Positions 44,899 through 54,089 of a DNA stretch of 64,000 bases are shown here, one piece after another. The stretch comes from an uncultured Eubacteriales bacterium (GTDB lineage Bacteria; Bacillota; Clostridia; Peptostreptococcales; Anaerovoracaceae). The first letter of the stretch is position 1. The number at the start of each line of letters is the position of its first letter. A model generated the notes under the pieces. That model saw only the letters and a program-made list of their open reading frames with translations. It was not told where the DNA came from and made no database searches. The DNA lies in NCBI GenBank assembly GCA_902795265.1, contig CADBKM010000001.1:28456-92455 (forward strand), in the 5' to 3' direction. Position numbers and translations under genes: made by a program.

Positions 44899-46264
44899 TT
44901 CCGAAGTTTATAAGGGGGATATCCTTATTGACTGCGGGAAGATAGTGGCAATAGGTGCCGATATCGGAATCGAAGATGCTGAAGTCGTCGACGCATCGGG
45001 ATGCTATGTGCTTCCGGGTGCTGTTGATGTGCATACTCACATGGATCTCGATGTGGGTTTCGCGAGAGCTATAGATGACTTCTATGACGGCACTGTCGCT
45101 GCGGCGTGCGGCGGCACGACTACCATAGTCGATCACATGGCATTCGGGCCAAAGGACTGCAGTCTGTGGCATCAGGTAAACGAATATCACAGGCTGGCTG
45201 ACGGCAACGCCGTAGTGGACTACGGATTCCACGGTGTCATGCAGCACCCGATAACCGGGGACAGGCTGGCAGAGATCTCCGAGATCAAAGAAAAAGAAGG
45301 CATCAGCAGCTTCAAGGTTTATATGACGTATGATTACGGGCTCTCAGATGATGAGCTGTTCAATGTTCTGAGGGCCGCTAAAGATGCGGGCATCGTCATA
45401 ACAGTGCATTGTGAAAATCACGGCGTGCTGACTCAGCTGCGCAAGGAGTTTGTTGAGCAGGGCCATGGTGAGGCTAAATATCATCCGCTGAGCAGACCTC
45501 CTAGAGTTGAAGCCGAGGCTGTCAACCGCATGATACACATCGCTGCTCTGGCCGGTGACGCTCCGCTCTACATCGTGCATCTCTCAAGTGCTGAGGGGCT
45601 TCATGAAGTCATGAAGGCGAGGGCTGAAGGGCGCCCTAATCTCGGTGTCGAGACCTGCACACAATACCTTATACTGAATGACAGTCTTTACGATGATCCG
45701 AAGGAAGGGCTTAAGGCCATCATGTCGCCGCCTCTCAGAAAAGACAGCGACAGAGAGGAGCTCTGGAAGGCGCTTGCAGACGGAGGCATTATCGATACAG
45801 TAGCTACAGATCACTGTCCGTTCCACTTCAAGTCAGGAAAGGCCGAGAAGCAGTACGGAAAGGACGATTTCACAAAGTGCCCGAACGGAGCGCCCGGAGT
45901 GCAGGAGAGACTGATGCTCCTGTTCTCGGAAGGTTTCATGAAAGGGCGCCTGAGCCTGCCTCAGGTAGTTAAATACGCCTGCAGCGAGCCGTGCCGCATG
46001 TTCGGTATGTATCCGCAGAAGGGAAGCCTCGAGCCGGGGACCGATGCGGATATCGTGATCATCGATCCGGAAAAGAAAACAGTTATAGATAAAGATTACA
46101 TACGCGGTGCTTCGGACTATTCGTGCTATGAAGGAATGGAACTCGACGGACACATTGAGAAGGTATTCCTGCGCGGTGATGAGATAGTCAGCGACGGAAA
46201 ATTCCTCGGAAAACGCGGAGACGGAAAGTATCTGAAAAGAGCTGCGAGCGTGCTCGCAAAATAA
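44864..46264 (+). CDS. hyuA: Dihydropyrimidinase/D-hydantoinase-type cyclic amidohydrolase
   Basis: Metal motif GAVDVHTHMD, a carboxylated-Lys region (SSFKVYMTY) and VHCEN. 466 aa. Overlaps the upstream gene by 35 nt. Confidence 0.8.
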   Translation: MKLIKNGMIATDSEVYKGDILIDCGKIVAIGADIGIEDAEVVDASGCYVLPGAVDVHTHMDLDVGFARAIDDFYDGTVAAACGGTTTIVDHMAFGPKDCSLWHQVNEYHRLADGNAVVDYGFHGVMQHPITGDRLAEISEIKEKEGISSFKVYMTYDYGLSDDELFNVLRAAKDAGIVITVHCENHGVLTQLRKEFVEQGHGEAKYHPLSRPPRVEAEAVNRMIHIAALAGDAPLYIVHLSSAEGLHEVMKARAEGRPNLGVETCTQYLILNDSLYDDPKEGLKAIMSPPLRKDSDREELWKALADGGIIDTVATDHCPFHFKSGKAEKQYGKDDFTKCPNGAPGVQERLMLLFSEGFMKGRLSLPQVVKYACSEPCRMFGMYPQKGSLEPGTDADIVIIDPEKKTVIDKDYIRGASDYSCYEGMELDGHIEKVFLRGDEIVSDGKFLGKRGDGKYLKRAASVLAK

Positions 46265-46297
46265 CAGAAAAATACTTGTGAATTGTGAAAAAAAGCG

Positions 46298-46325
46298 TTG
46301 AAATCGTTGGTTTGATAGGTATAAT
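46298..46325 (+). promoter_or_regulatory. SigA-type promoter upstream of ygeW
   Basis: TTGAAA (46298-46303), 16-nt spacer, TATAAT (46320-46325). AT-rich surroundings. Confidence 0.55.
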
Positions 46326-46393
46326 AAAAATAGTTTAGGAAACATAAAATAATTTTAGCTTTTACTATATAGCAGACATCAAAGGAGAAGACT

Positions 46394-47590
46394 ATGTCGA
46401 AGGCAACAGAACTGGCAGAAAAGCTCGCGAAGCTCAATATCGCGGACATGTATGAAAATGATTTTTTCCTGACATGGGAAAAGACAGACGATGAGATCGA
46501 GGCAGTGTTCACTGTAGCGGATGCTCTCAGAGACCTGAGAGAGCGCAACAAGTCCACAAAGATCTTCGACTCCGGACTCGGAATTTCGATCTTCCGTGAC
46601 AACTCAACACGTACACGTTTCTCATTTGCCAGTGCTTGCAACCTGCTCGGACTCGAGGTGCAGGATCTGGATGAGAAGAAATCACAGATCGCTCATGGCG
46701 AGACAGTTCGCGAAACAGCAACTATGGTCTCGTTCATGGCTGATGTTATCGGCATACGTGATGACATGTACATCGGCAAGGGAAATGCGTACATGCATGA
46801 GTTCATGGACTCCGTTACACAGGCGAACAAGGACGGCGTGCTCGAGCAGAAGCCTACTCTCGTAAACCTGCAGTGCGATATCGACCATCCTACACAGGCA
46901 ATGGCAGACGCACTCCACATTATCCATGAGTTCGGCGGCGTCGAGAACCTCAAGGGAAAGAAGATCGCTATGAGCTGGGCTTACTCCCCATCATACGGCA
47001 AGCCGCTGTCCGTACCACAGGGTATCATCGGACTGCTGACACGTATGGGAATGGATGTAGTTCTCGCTCATCCTGAAGGATATGAAGTAATGAGCGATGT
47101 TGTCGAGGTAGCAAAGAAGAATGCCGCTGAATCCGGTGGTAAGTTCAGCATCACAAACGACATGAAGGAAGCTTTCAAGGACGCTGATGTTGTTTATCCT
47201 AAGAGCTGGGCACCGTTTGCTGCAATGGAAGTCAGAACAGACCTTTATGGAAAGGGCGACTTCGACGGCATCGACAAGCTCGAGAAGGAACTGCTCGCTC
47301 AGAACGCGACACATCAGGACTGGCACGTTGATGACGAGATGATGATGCTCACAAAGAATGGCCTCGATACTCTGTACATGCATCCACTGCCGGCGGACAT
47401 CGAGGGTATATCCTGCGAACACGGCGAAGTTACAGCAAAGGTGTTCGACCACGCACGTGACTCACTGTACAAAGAGGCATCCAACAAGCCTTATATCATC
47501 GCTGCTATGATCTTCCTTGCAAAGGTAAAAGATCCTGTTGCTGCACTTAAGGAACTTGACGGGGAAGCGGGACCTAGAAAAGCATTCTAA
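46394..47590 (+). CDS. ygeW: YgeW-type knotted carbamoyltransferase
   Basis: Strong colinear resemblance to E. coli YgeW as I recall it (FLLTWE, GLGISIFRDNSTRTRFS, KSQIAHGETVRETA, LVNLQCDIDHPTQ, WAYSPSYGKPLSVPQGIIGL, HPLPADI). Confidence 0.9.
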   Translation: MSKATELAEKLAKLNIADMYENDFFLTWEKTDDEIEAVFTVADALRDLRERNKSTKIFDSGLGISIFRDNSTRTRFSFASACNLLGLEVQDLDEKKSQIAHGETVRETATMVSFMADVIGIRDDMYIGKGNAYMHEFMDSVTQANKDGVLEQKPTLVNLQCDIDHPTQAMADALHIIHEFGGVENLKGKKIAMSWAYSPSYGKPLSVPQGIIGLLTRMGMDVVLAHPEGYEVMSDVVEVAKKNAAESGGKFSITNDMKEAFKDADVVYPKSWAPFAAMEVRTDLYGKGDFDGIDKLEKELLAQNATHQDWHVDDEMMMLTKNGLDTLYMHPLPADIEGISCEHGEVTAKVFDHARDSLYKEASNKPYIIAAMIFLAKVKDPVAALKELDGEAGPRKAF

Positions 47591-47611
47591 AAAAATAAAA
47601 GGACTGAAATT

Positions 47612-47658
47612 GGAGCCGGCGCTGTATAAGGGGACAGTCGCCTGCTCCGTTAATTTTG
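47612..47658 (+). terminator. Intergenic hairpin plus T tract between ygeW and the carbamate kinase gene (attenuator candidate)
   Basis: GGAGCcGGCGCTGT-ataagggg-ACAGTCGCCtGCTCC followed by GTTAATTTT. Confidence 0.45.
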
Positions 47659-47674
47659 GAAAAGGTACACACAA

Positions 47675-48619
47675 ATGGATAAGAAAAAAATCGTAGTTGC
47701 TCTCGGCGGAAACGCACTGGGCAGCAATCTGGTAGAGCAGATGAGATCCGTCACTGACGCAGTCAAGCCTATCGCTGATCTCATTGAAGAAGGCTATGAA
47801 GTGGTGGTCACTCACGGAAATGGTCCGCAGGTCGGAGTAATTCAGGATGCCATGACACTTCTCTCAAGAGAGAATCCTGAGAAGCATCCGCATTTTCCTC
47901 TGTCGGTATGCACGGCCATGAGCCAGGGCTATATCGGATACGATATCCAGAATAAACTGAGAGAAGAACTCCTCGACAGAGGTATCAAGAAGGATGTTAC
48001 CTGCGTACTTACACAGGTAGAGGTCGATCCTGACGATCCGGCATTCCTGAACCCGACAAAGCCTATCGGACCTTTCCTCACTAAAGAGGAGGCTGAGGCA
48101 AAGAAGAAGCTGAGAAATCACGTCTTTATCGAAGACTCCGGAAGAGGCTACAGAAGAGTTGTCGCCAGCCCGGCGCCGATATCGATCATCGAGATCGATA
48201 CAATCAGAACGCTTGCTGATTCAGGACATATAGTCATCGCAGCAGGCGGAGGCGGCATTCCGGTCACAAAGGCAGAGAATAATCATCTGAAGGGTTCGCC
48301 TGCAGTCATCGACAAGGACCGCGCTTCTGAGCTACTTGCAGAAGAGCTTGATGCAGACTTCCTGATCATCCTCACTGCAGTTGAGAACGCCGCTATAAAC
48401 TTCGGCAAACCTGATGAGAAAAAGCTGGGCGACATCACTGTAGAGGAAGCAAAAAAGTATATCGCAGAAGGTCAGTTCGCTCCGGGCTCGATGCTGCCTA
48501 AAGTAGAGGCTGCAGTCAAGTTTGCTGAGTCGAAGGAAGGGCGTACAGCGCTCATAACGCTGCTCGAGAAGGCCAAAGACGGCATCAACGGAAAGACAGG
48601 CACAAGGATACACGCATAA
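47675..48619 (+). CDS. yqeA: Carbamate kinase
   Basis: N-terminal VVALGGNAL, THGNGPQVG and GGGGIPV motifs. 314 aa. Confidence 0.9.
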   Translation: MDKKKIVVALGGNALGSNLVEQMRSVTDAVKPIADLIEEGYEVVVTHGNGPQVGVIQDAMTLLSRENPEKHPHFPLSVCTAMSQGYIGYDIQNKLREELLDRGIKKDVTCVLTQVEVDPDDPAFLNPTKPIGPFLTKEEAEAKKKLRNHVFIEDSGRGYRRVVASPAPISIIEIDTIRTLADSGHIVIAAGGGGIPVTKAENNHLKGSPAVIDKDRASELLAEELDADFLIILTAVENAAINFGKPDEKKLGDITVEEAKKYIAEGQFAPGSMLPKVEAAVKFAESKEGRTALITLLEKAKDGINGKTGTRIHA

Positions 48620-48620
48620 T

Positions 48621-48650
48621 AAAAAGCGCGCCTTTTAAAGGCGCGCTGCC
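48621..48650. terminator. Bidirectional terminator between convergent genes
   Basis: AGCGCGCC-ttttaaa-GGCGCGCT flanked by an A tract upstream and T-rich loop context. Confidence 0.6.
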
Positions 48651-48658
48651 ATGCAGAT

Positions 48659-49315
48659 CTATTCTGCTGCCGATCTGATCTCATCAAGGTAGCTGTACAG
48701 TGTGTAGGTCGAGATACCGAAGTACTGGCAGACCTTAGGCCCGGATTTAGTGATGAGAAAGGCGCCGTTGTCATCAAGGAATTTAATGGCGCGGATTTTG
48801 TCATCTTTGCTCATAAGAGTGGTAGGCTTGCCGACGATCCGGACGCTGTGCTCCAGAAGTTCGTCGAGCAGATCTGCTACATTACGCGAGATGGCTTCAG
48901 GCTCAACAGTCTGAATATCAGTTCCGGTGAAGTCGCGAAGGACTTCGTCTACAGCGACCATCATGCTGATATCGTAATTGATGCCCATAAGGCCGATGAC
49001 CTTTCCCTCGTCATCACGTATGTAGAGGGTGGTCGATCTCAGAACTCTTCCGTCGGAAGTCTTTGTGAGATATGATACACGGTCTTCAGGTGCATCAGGG
49101 CCTCCTTTGAGAGACTCCAGCACTATATGTGACGGGCCGTCACCGACGGAACGCCCTGTGACATGGCCGTTCTCAATCGCGATTATTGAATGCTCTGTAT
49201 CCTCGCCGCGGAGGTCGTGGATAACTACTTCACAATTGCGGCCGAACTGGCCGGCGATGCCCTTAGCAACGCGTTTAGCGAATTCAAAGTGTTCGTCAGA
49301 TCTCATGAGATGCAC
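48659..49315 (-). CDS. YheO-like PAS-domain / C-terminal HTH transcriptional regulator
   Basis: 218 aa. N-terminal sensor-like domain (CEVVIHDL...IIAIENGHVTGR) and C-terminal HTH (VCQYFGISTYTLYSYL). Divergent from ygeY. Confidence 0.6.
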   Translation of the reverse strand: MHLMRSDEHFEFAKRVAKGIAGQFGRNCEVVIHDLRGEDTEHSIIAIENGHVTGRSVGDGPSHIVLESLKGGPDAPEDRVSYLTKTSDGRVLRSTTLYIRDDEGKVIGLMGINYDISMMVAVDEVLRDFTGTDIQTVEPEAISRNVADLLDELLEHSVRIVGKPTTLMSKDDKIRAIKFLDDNGAFLITKSGPKVCQYFGISTYTLYSYLDEIRSAAE

Positions 49316-49416
49316 TCACTTTCTAAATTGTGGGATTGTAAATTTGGACCTATTTTAACAACAAAAATATTTTTACACAATAAATTTTTATTATAACCAT
49401 TTTGGGAGGAAGACAA

Positions 49417-50817
49417 ATGACACCTGATTTTGAAGCAATAAAGAAGGCAGCGGAAACGTACGGCCCTGAGATCAGCAGATTTCTGAGAGATATGATCTCG
49501 CATCCAAGTGAGAGTGCCGAAGAGGGCGAAGTCGTAGCATGCATCAAGGCAGAGATGGAAAAACTCGGCTATGACAAGGTAGAAGTCGACGGTCTCGGCA
49601 ACGTTATCGGCTGGATGGGCGACGGAGACAAGATCATCGCCATCGACTCCCACATCGATACAGTAGGTATCGGAAACATCAACAACTGGACAGACGATCC
49701 TTATAAGGGATATGAGACAGACGACATCATCTACGGCCGCGGCGGCTCCGACCAGGAAGGCGGAATGGCATCGGCAGTATACGGCACAAAGATCATGAAG
49801 GATCTGGGCCTCATCCCTGAGGGCTACAAGATCATGGTAGTCGGCTCCGTAATGGAAGAGGACTGCGATGGAATGTGCTGGCAGTACATCGTAAACAAGT
49901 ACTTCAACGGACCTGAAGATGCCAGAAACAAGATCGACTTCGTGATCTCGACAGAGCCTACAGACGGCGGAATCTACAGAGGCCACAGAGGCCGTATGGA
50001 GATCAGAGTCGATGTCAAGGGCGTTTCCTGCCACGGATCCGCTCCTGAGAGAGGTGACAATGCAATCTACAAGATGGCAGACATCATCAACGACGTAAGA
50101 GCCCTCAACAACAATGACTGCACTGAGAGCACTTCGATCCGCGGACTGGCAAAGATGCTCGATCCTAAGTTCAATCCTGACCACTACGAAGACGCAAGAT
50201 TCCTCGGACGCGGCACATGCACAGTATCGCAGATATTCTACACATCGCCAAGCCGCTGCGCAGTAGCAGACTCGTGCGCAATTTCGATCGACAGAAGAAT
50301 GACAGCCGGCGAGACATGGGACAGCTGCCTCGAAGAGGTAAGACAGCTGCCAAGCGTAAAGAAGTACGGTGATGACGTAAAGGTTTCGATGTACATGTAT
50401 GACAGACCGTCATGGACAGGCGAAGTATACGAGACAGAGTGCTACTTCCCGACATGGATCAACAAGGAGAACTCGGCTCACGTAAAGGCTCTCGTAGAGG
50501 CACACAAGGCACTCTTCGGTGAAAAGAGAATTGGTTCGCCAAGCGCAATGCATCTCAGAGACGGCAGACCGCTCTGCGACAAGTGGACATTCTCGACAAA
50601 CGGAGTATCCATCCAGGGACGTTATGGAATCCCATGCGTAGGATTCGGACCTGGAGCTGAGAGCCAGGCACACGCACCAAACGAGATCACATGGAAGCAG
50701 GACCTCGTTACATGCGCAGCACTCTACGCTGCAGCAATTCCGATGTATCCTGATCAGGAGAAGACTGACGACGTAAGCCAGTTCCGTCAGGGCACAACAA
50801 ACAACGACATCAAATAA
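49417..50817 (+). CDS. ygeY: YgeY-family (selenium-metabolism-linked) M20 hydrolase
   Basis: Colinear with E. coli YgeY as I recall it ([96 protein letters not shown]). ATG at 49417 follows GGGAGGAAG. Confidence 0.9.
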   Translation: MTPDFEAIKKAAETYGPEISRFLRDMISHPSESAEEGEVVACIKAEMEKLGYDKVEVDGLGNVIGWMGDGDKIIAIDSHIDTVGIGNINNWTDDPYKGYETDDIIYGRGGSDQEGGMASAVYGTKIMKDLGLIPEGYKIMVVGSVMEEDCDGMCWQYIVNKYFNGPEDARNKIDFVISTEPTDGGIYRGHRGRMEIRVDVKGVSCHGSAPERGDNAIYKMADIINDVRALNNNDCTESTSIRGLAKMLDPKFNPDHYEDARFLGRGTCTVSQIFYTSPSRCAVADSCAISIDRRMTAGETWDSCLEEVRQLPSVKKYGDDVKVSMYMYDRPSWTGEVYETECYFPTWINKENSAHVKALVEAHKALFGEKRIGSPSAMHLRDGRPLCDKWTFSTNGVSIQGRYGIPCVGFGPGAESQAHAPNEITWKQDLVTCAALYAAAIPMYPDQEKTDDVSQFRQGTTNNDIK

Positions 50818-50826
50818 AAGTGATCA

Positions 50827-50875
50827 AAAAGACTTTTGCCGGAACAAAAAACATTTCGGCAAAAGTCTTTTAAGT
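50827..50875 (+). terminator. Rho-independent terminator after ygeY
   Basis: 15-bp stem AAAAGACTTTTGCCG / CGGCAAAAGTCTTTT followed by a T tract. Confidence 0.8.
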
Positions 50876-50927
50876 TATTGAAGTTTCCAGAACTAGTAAT
50901 ACTGATTCTGACATATAACAAATGAGT

Positions 50928-50964
50928 CCCCGCATCCGCAAAGGGTGCGGGGCTTTTGTTGTTT
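50928..50964 (+). terminator. Second, orphan GC-rich terminator-like hairpin
   Basis: CCCCGCA-tccgcaaaggg-TGCGGGG followed by CTTTTGTTGTTT. No annotated gene lies between it and the previous terminator. Confidence 0.55.
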
Positions 50965-51039
50965 AACGGCATGGTTTGTGTTATTCTCATTATGTATGGG
51001 CAAACTGTATAAAACATATAAAAGGGAGAAATATAACCG

Positions 51040-51615
51040 ATGAAAAGAATGGAAGAAATGATACTGAAAGAGGGAAAGATACTGCCGGGCGGAGTGCTCA
51101 AAGTGGGAAGTTTCCTCAATCAGCAGGTAGACATACACTTCATGAAAGAGATCGGAGATGAAGTAGCACGTCTGTATAAAGACTCCGGTGCTACCAAGAT
51201 ACTCACGATCGAGTCATCGGGTATTCCTATCGCTATCTCTGCAGGCTTCGCAATGGGGCTGCCTGTGGTATACGCAAAGAAGAATAAGTCCTCAAATGTT
51301 TCGGGTGATGTTTATTCCACACCTGTCAAGTCGTTTACACACGGCAATACGAACAACGTAGTAGTCACCAAAGAGTATCTGTCCGCTGATGATAAGATCC
51401 TCATTGTCGATGACTTCCTCGCTCATGGAAGTGCACTGACAGGGCTCATCGATATCGTCAATCAGGCAGGGGCTGAAGTCGTAGGCTGCGTTGCGGCTAT
51501 CGAGAAGGGCTTCCAGATGGGCGGAGACAGGCTCAGAGCCGAAGGCTACAGGATCGAGTCGCTTGCTATCGTTGATGAGATGACAGATGACGGCATCACT
51601 TTCCGTGAACAGTAA
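51040..51615 (+). CDS. xpt: Xanthine phosphoribosyltransferase
   Basis: Xpt-like N-terminus (ILKEGKILPGGVLKVGSFLNQQVD) and PRPP motif ILIVDDFLAHGSA. Confidence 0.85.
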   Translation: MKRMEEMILKEGKILPGGVLKVGSFLNQQVDIHFMKEIGDEVARLYKDSGATKILTIESSGIPIAISAGFAMGLPVVYAKKNKSSNVSGDVYSTPVKSFTHGNTNNVVVTKEYLSADDKILIVDDFLAHGSALTGLIDIVNQAGAEVVGCVAAIEKGFQMGGDRLRAEGYRIESLAIVDEMTDDGITFREQ

Positions 51616-51643
51616 TAGGATAGACGGCGATAGATAACAGCGA

Positions 51644-52429
51644 ATGAATATTACTATAGACGGATATAACATAAACTATAAGATCACAGGACCGGCCGAA
51701 GCGCCGGTTATTGTCGTGCTTCAGGGATGGGGGACAGAGCTCGGGCTCTATGACTCAGTCGCTGCAGCCGTTAATGACAGTTACAGGGTAGTGCAGTTCG
51801 ATCTTCCGGGATTCGGCGCAAGCGATGAGCCGCGCGAGGCCTGGAATGTCGATGCATATGCTGACTTTTTCTGCAGCTTCATGGAGGCACTAGGCATAAA
51901 GAAGGCGGTTCTTCTCGGACACTCATACGGCGGCAGAGTGATCATCAAGCTGGCAGCCAGAGAGAGCATTCCGTTTGAGATCGAAAAGATCGTTCTGGTC
52001 GACAGCGCGGGAGTCATGCCTGAGAGAAGTGCTTCCCAGAAGTTCAAGGTCAGGCTTTACAAGATAAAGAGAAACTTCCTCACCAGCAAGCCAATCCACT
52101 CGTTGTTCCCTGAGGTGATCGACTACTGGATGAGCAAGCAGGGCTCTGAAGACTACAGAAACGCAAGCCCTATGATGAAGAAGTGCCTTGTAATGGCGGT
52201 CAACGAAGACCTTCAGCATCTGATGCCTTCCATAAAACAGGAGGTATTGCTGGTATGGGGCGATCTCGACATGGACACGCCTATAAGCGACGCTCACAAA
52301 ATGGAAGAGAAGATGCCGAACGCCGCGCTTGTCGTGCTTGAGGGCACAGACCACTTCTCGTTCCTCTACAAACCTGTCGAGTTCAGGGGCATTCTCAGAG
52401 CCTTCCTGAAGATCGGAGGTGCGGCATGA
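51644..52429 (+). CDS. Alpha/beta-fold hydrolase
   Basis: Nucleophile elbow GHSYGG and HG-type N-terminal region. The stop overlaps the next start (ATGATG). Confidence 0.7.
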   Translation: MNITIDGYNINYKITGPAEAPVIVVLQGWGTELGLYDSVAAAVNDSYRVVQFDLPGFGASDEPREAWNVDAYADFFCSFMEALGIKKAVLLGHSYGGRVIIKLAARESIPFEIEKIVLVDSAGVMPERSASQKFKVRLYKIKRNFLTSKPIHSLFPEVIDYWMSKQGSEDYRNASPMMKKCLVMAVNEDLQHLMPSIKQEVLLVWGDLDMDTPISDAHKMEEKMPNAALVVLEGTDHFSFLYKPVEFRGILRAFLKIGGAA

Positions 52430-54078
52430 TGCGGGGCTTTATAATACGCAACCTGATTTCGCTTGTTCTCGGTATTCCTGCTTTCTGGCTGGCGCTGCGC
52501 TACAACATGCACATGTTCCAGCTCAACACATACATGAACAACGAGCAGAACGAGTGGCTCAGGCGCAACAGCCATCTGCAGTGGATCCTCAACTTTGCCA
52601 TAGGCCTCGGTCTTATAAGGATAGGCGGAGAGGTAATCATCAAGAAGCAGTGGTTCGGGATCGCAATGGACATCCTGATCTGGCTCACACTTATCGTGAT
52701 CATTCTGGTGTACAGGCTGATGAAGGAGATGAACTCCAAAAAGCCTCTGAAGTTCACGCCGAGAGTAAAGCGAATGGTGGCAACTGACATAGTGATATGT
52801 CTGCTGCTTCTCATAGTGCCTGATATCCTGATTGCGCTGATGGGAGGCTTCGATGCAGCCGCTCTCATAGCATTCCCGCTCAGCGGATTTTTCGCTTTTG
52901 CGACAGGAATGCAGCTCCATCTCAATAAATGGGCAAATACCATCAACCGTCCGATAGAAAAAGGTGTAAACAACCATTACATCAACGACGCAAAGCGCAT
53001 ACTTAAGGAGAACACTGATCTCACGATCATCGGCGTTACCGGAAGCTACGGCAAGACTAGCGTCAAGTTCTATCTCGAGACTCTGCTGAGGCAGAAGTAC
53101 AAAGTGCTCGTTACCCCGGAGAGCTACAACACTCCGATGGGCATCGTCATAACCATCAGGAAATTCCTTAAACCTACGCATGAGATATTCATCTGCGAGA
53201 TGGGCGCGAGGTATGTAGGCGAGATAAAAGAGGACTGCGATCTCGTGCATCCGCACCACGGACTCATCACATCGATAGGCCCGCAGCACCTCGATACATT
53301 CGGCAGCCTTGCCAACATTCAGAAGACAAAGTTCGAGCTGGCAGATGCAGTACCTGACGGAGGCGTGCTTTTCCTGAACGGCGACAACGAGTACATCGCA
53401 GAAGAGCTTGCGGCCAGAAAGGGCAGCAGGGCGCTTTATGACAGTCCTGTGCTCTATCACTCAGAGAAGACCGGAAGCGGCTACTATGCTTCAGATATAA
53501 AGGTGACAAATCACGGAACGGAGTTCACCGTAAACGCTCCTGACGGCGAGTCCGAGCGTTTCTCAATGAAGCTGGTCGGCGGCCATAATGTTATAAATGT
53601 GATGGGCGCCATCGCGGTTGCTCATGAATTCGGCATCTCGCTTGCTGAACTGCGCATTCCTGTAAGAAAGATCCAGAGCGTGCCTCACCGCATGGAGATT
53701 AAGAACCACGGTGATGTCACTATTATCGACGACGCGTTCAACTCGAACCCTATCGGCTCGAAGGCAGCTGTCGAAACACTCGCGCTGATGGACGGCATGC
53801 GCATACTCATAACACCGGGCATGGTAGAGCTCGGTGAAGACGAGGCGGAATACAACAGAAAGTTCGGTACATACGCTGCAGACTGCTGCGACCGCATATT
53901 CCTGGTAGGCCGCAAGCATACAGAGCCGATCAAAGAGGGAATACTCAGCAAGGGCTTCGACGAAAAGAATATCGAGGTATTCGACAAAGTAGAAGACGCG
54001 ATAAACCGCGCCTACAGTATCAAGACAGATCAGCACAAGTACATTCTGCTTGAGAACGATTTGCCTGATAACTATTAG
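52426..54078 (+). CDS. murF: MurF-like Mur ligase (UDP-MurNAc-tripeptide--D-Ala-D-Ala ligase type) with an N-terminal membrane domain
   Basis: Residues 1 to about 180 contain 4-5 hydrophobic helices. These are followed by the Mur ligase P-loop GVTGSYGKTS, ICEMGAR and the C-terminal domain DDAFNSNP. Confidence 0.7.
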   Translation: MMRGFIIRNLISLVLGIPAFWLALRYNMHMFQLNTYMNNEQNEWLRRNSHLQWILNFAIGLGLIRIGGEVIIKKQWFGIAMDILIWLTLIVIILVYRLMKEMNSKKPLKFTPRVKRMVATDIVICLLLLIVPDILIALMGGFDAAALIAFPLSGFFAFATGMQLHLNKWANTINRPIEKGVNNHYINDAKRILKENTDLTIIGVTGSYGKTSVKFYLETLLRQKYKVLVTPESYNTPMGIVITIRKFLKPTHEIFICEMGARYVGEIKEDCDLVHPHHGLITSIGPQHLDTFGSLANIQKTKFELADAVPDGGVLFLNGDNEYIAEELAARKGSRALYDSPVLYHSEKTGSGYYASDIKVTNHGTEFTVNAPDGESERFSMKLVGGHNVINVMGAIAVAHEFGISLAELRIPVRKIQSVPHRMEIKNHGDVTIIDDAFNSNPIGSKAAVETLALMDGMRILITPGMVELGEDEAEYNRKFGTYAADCCDRIFLVGRKHTEPIKEGILSKGFDEKNIEVFDKVEDAINRAYSIKTDQHKYILLENDLPDNY

Positions 54079-54089
54079 GAGAGAAAATA

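Noticed and set aside
23881-50817. In-frame UGA selenocysteine recoding within the selenium-linked cluster.
   Set aside because: All genes read through as single uninterrupted ORFs of the expected length, and no pair of adjacent same-frame ORFs is split by TGA. This is consistent with a labile selenium cofactor rather than selenocysteine.
50921-50965. 14-codon mini-ORF ATG AGT CCC CGC ... TAA (MSPRIRKGCGAFVV).
   Set aside because: It coincides exactly with the terminator hairpin and has no RBS, so it is probably a by-product of the stem sequence.
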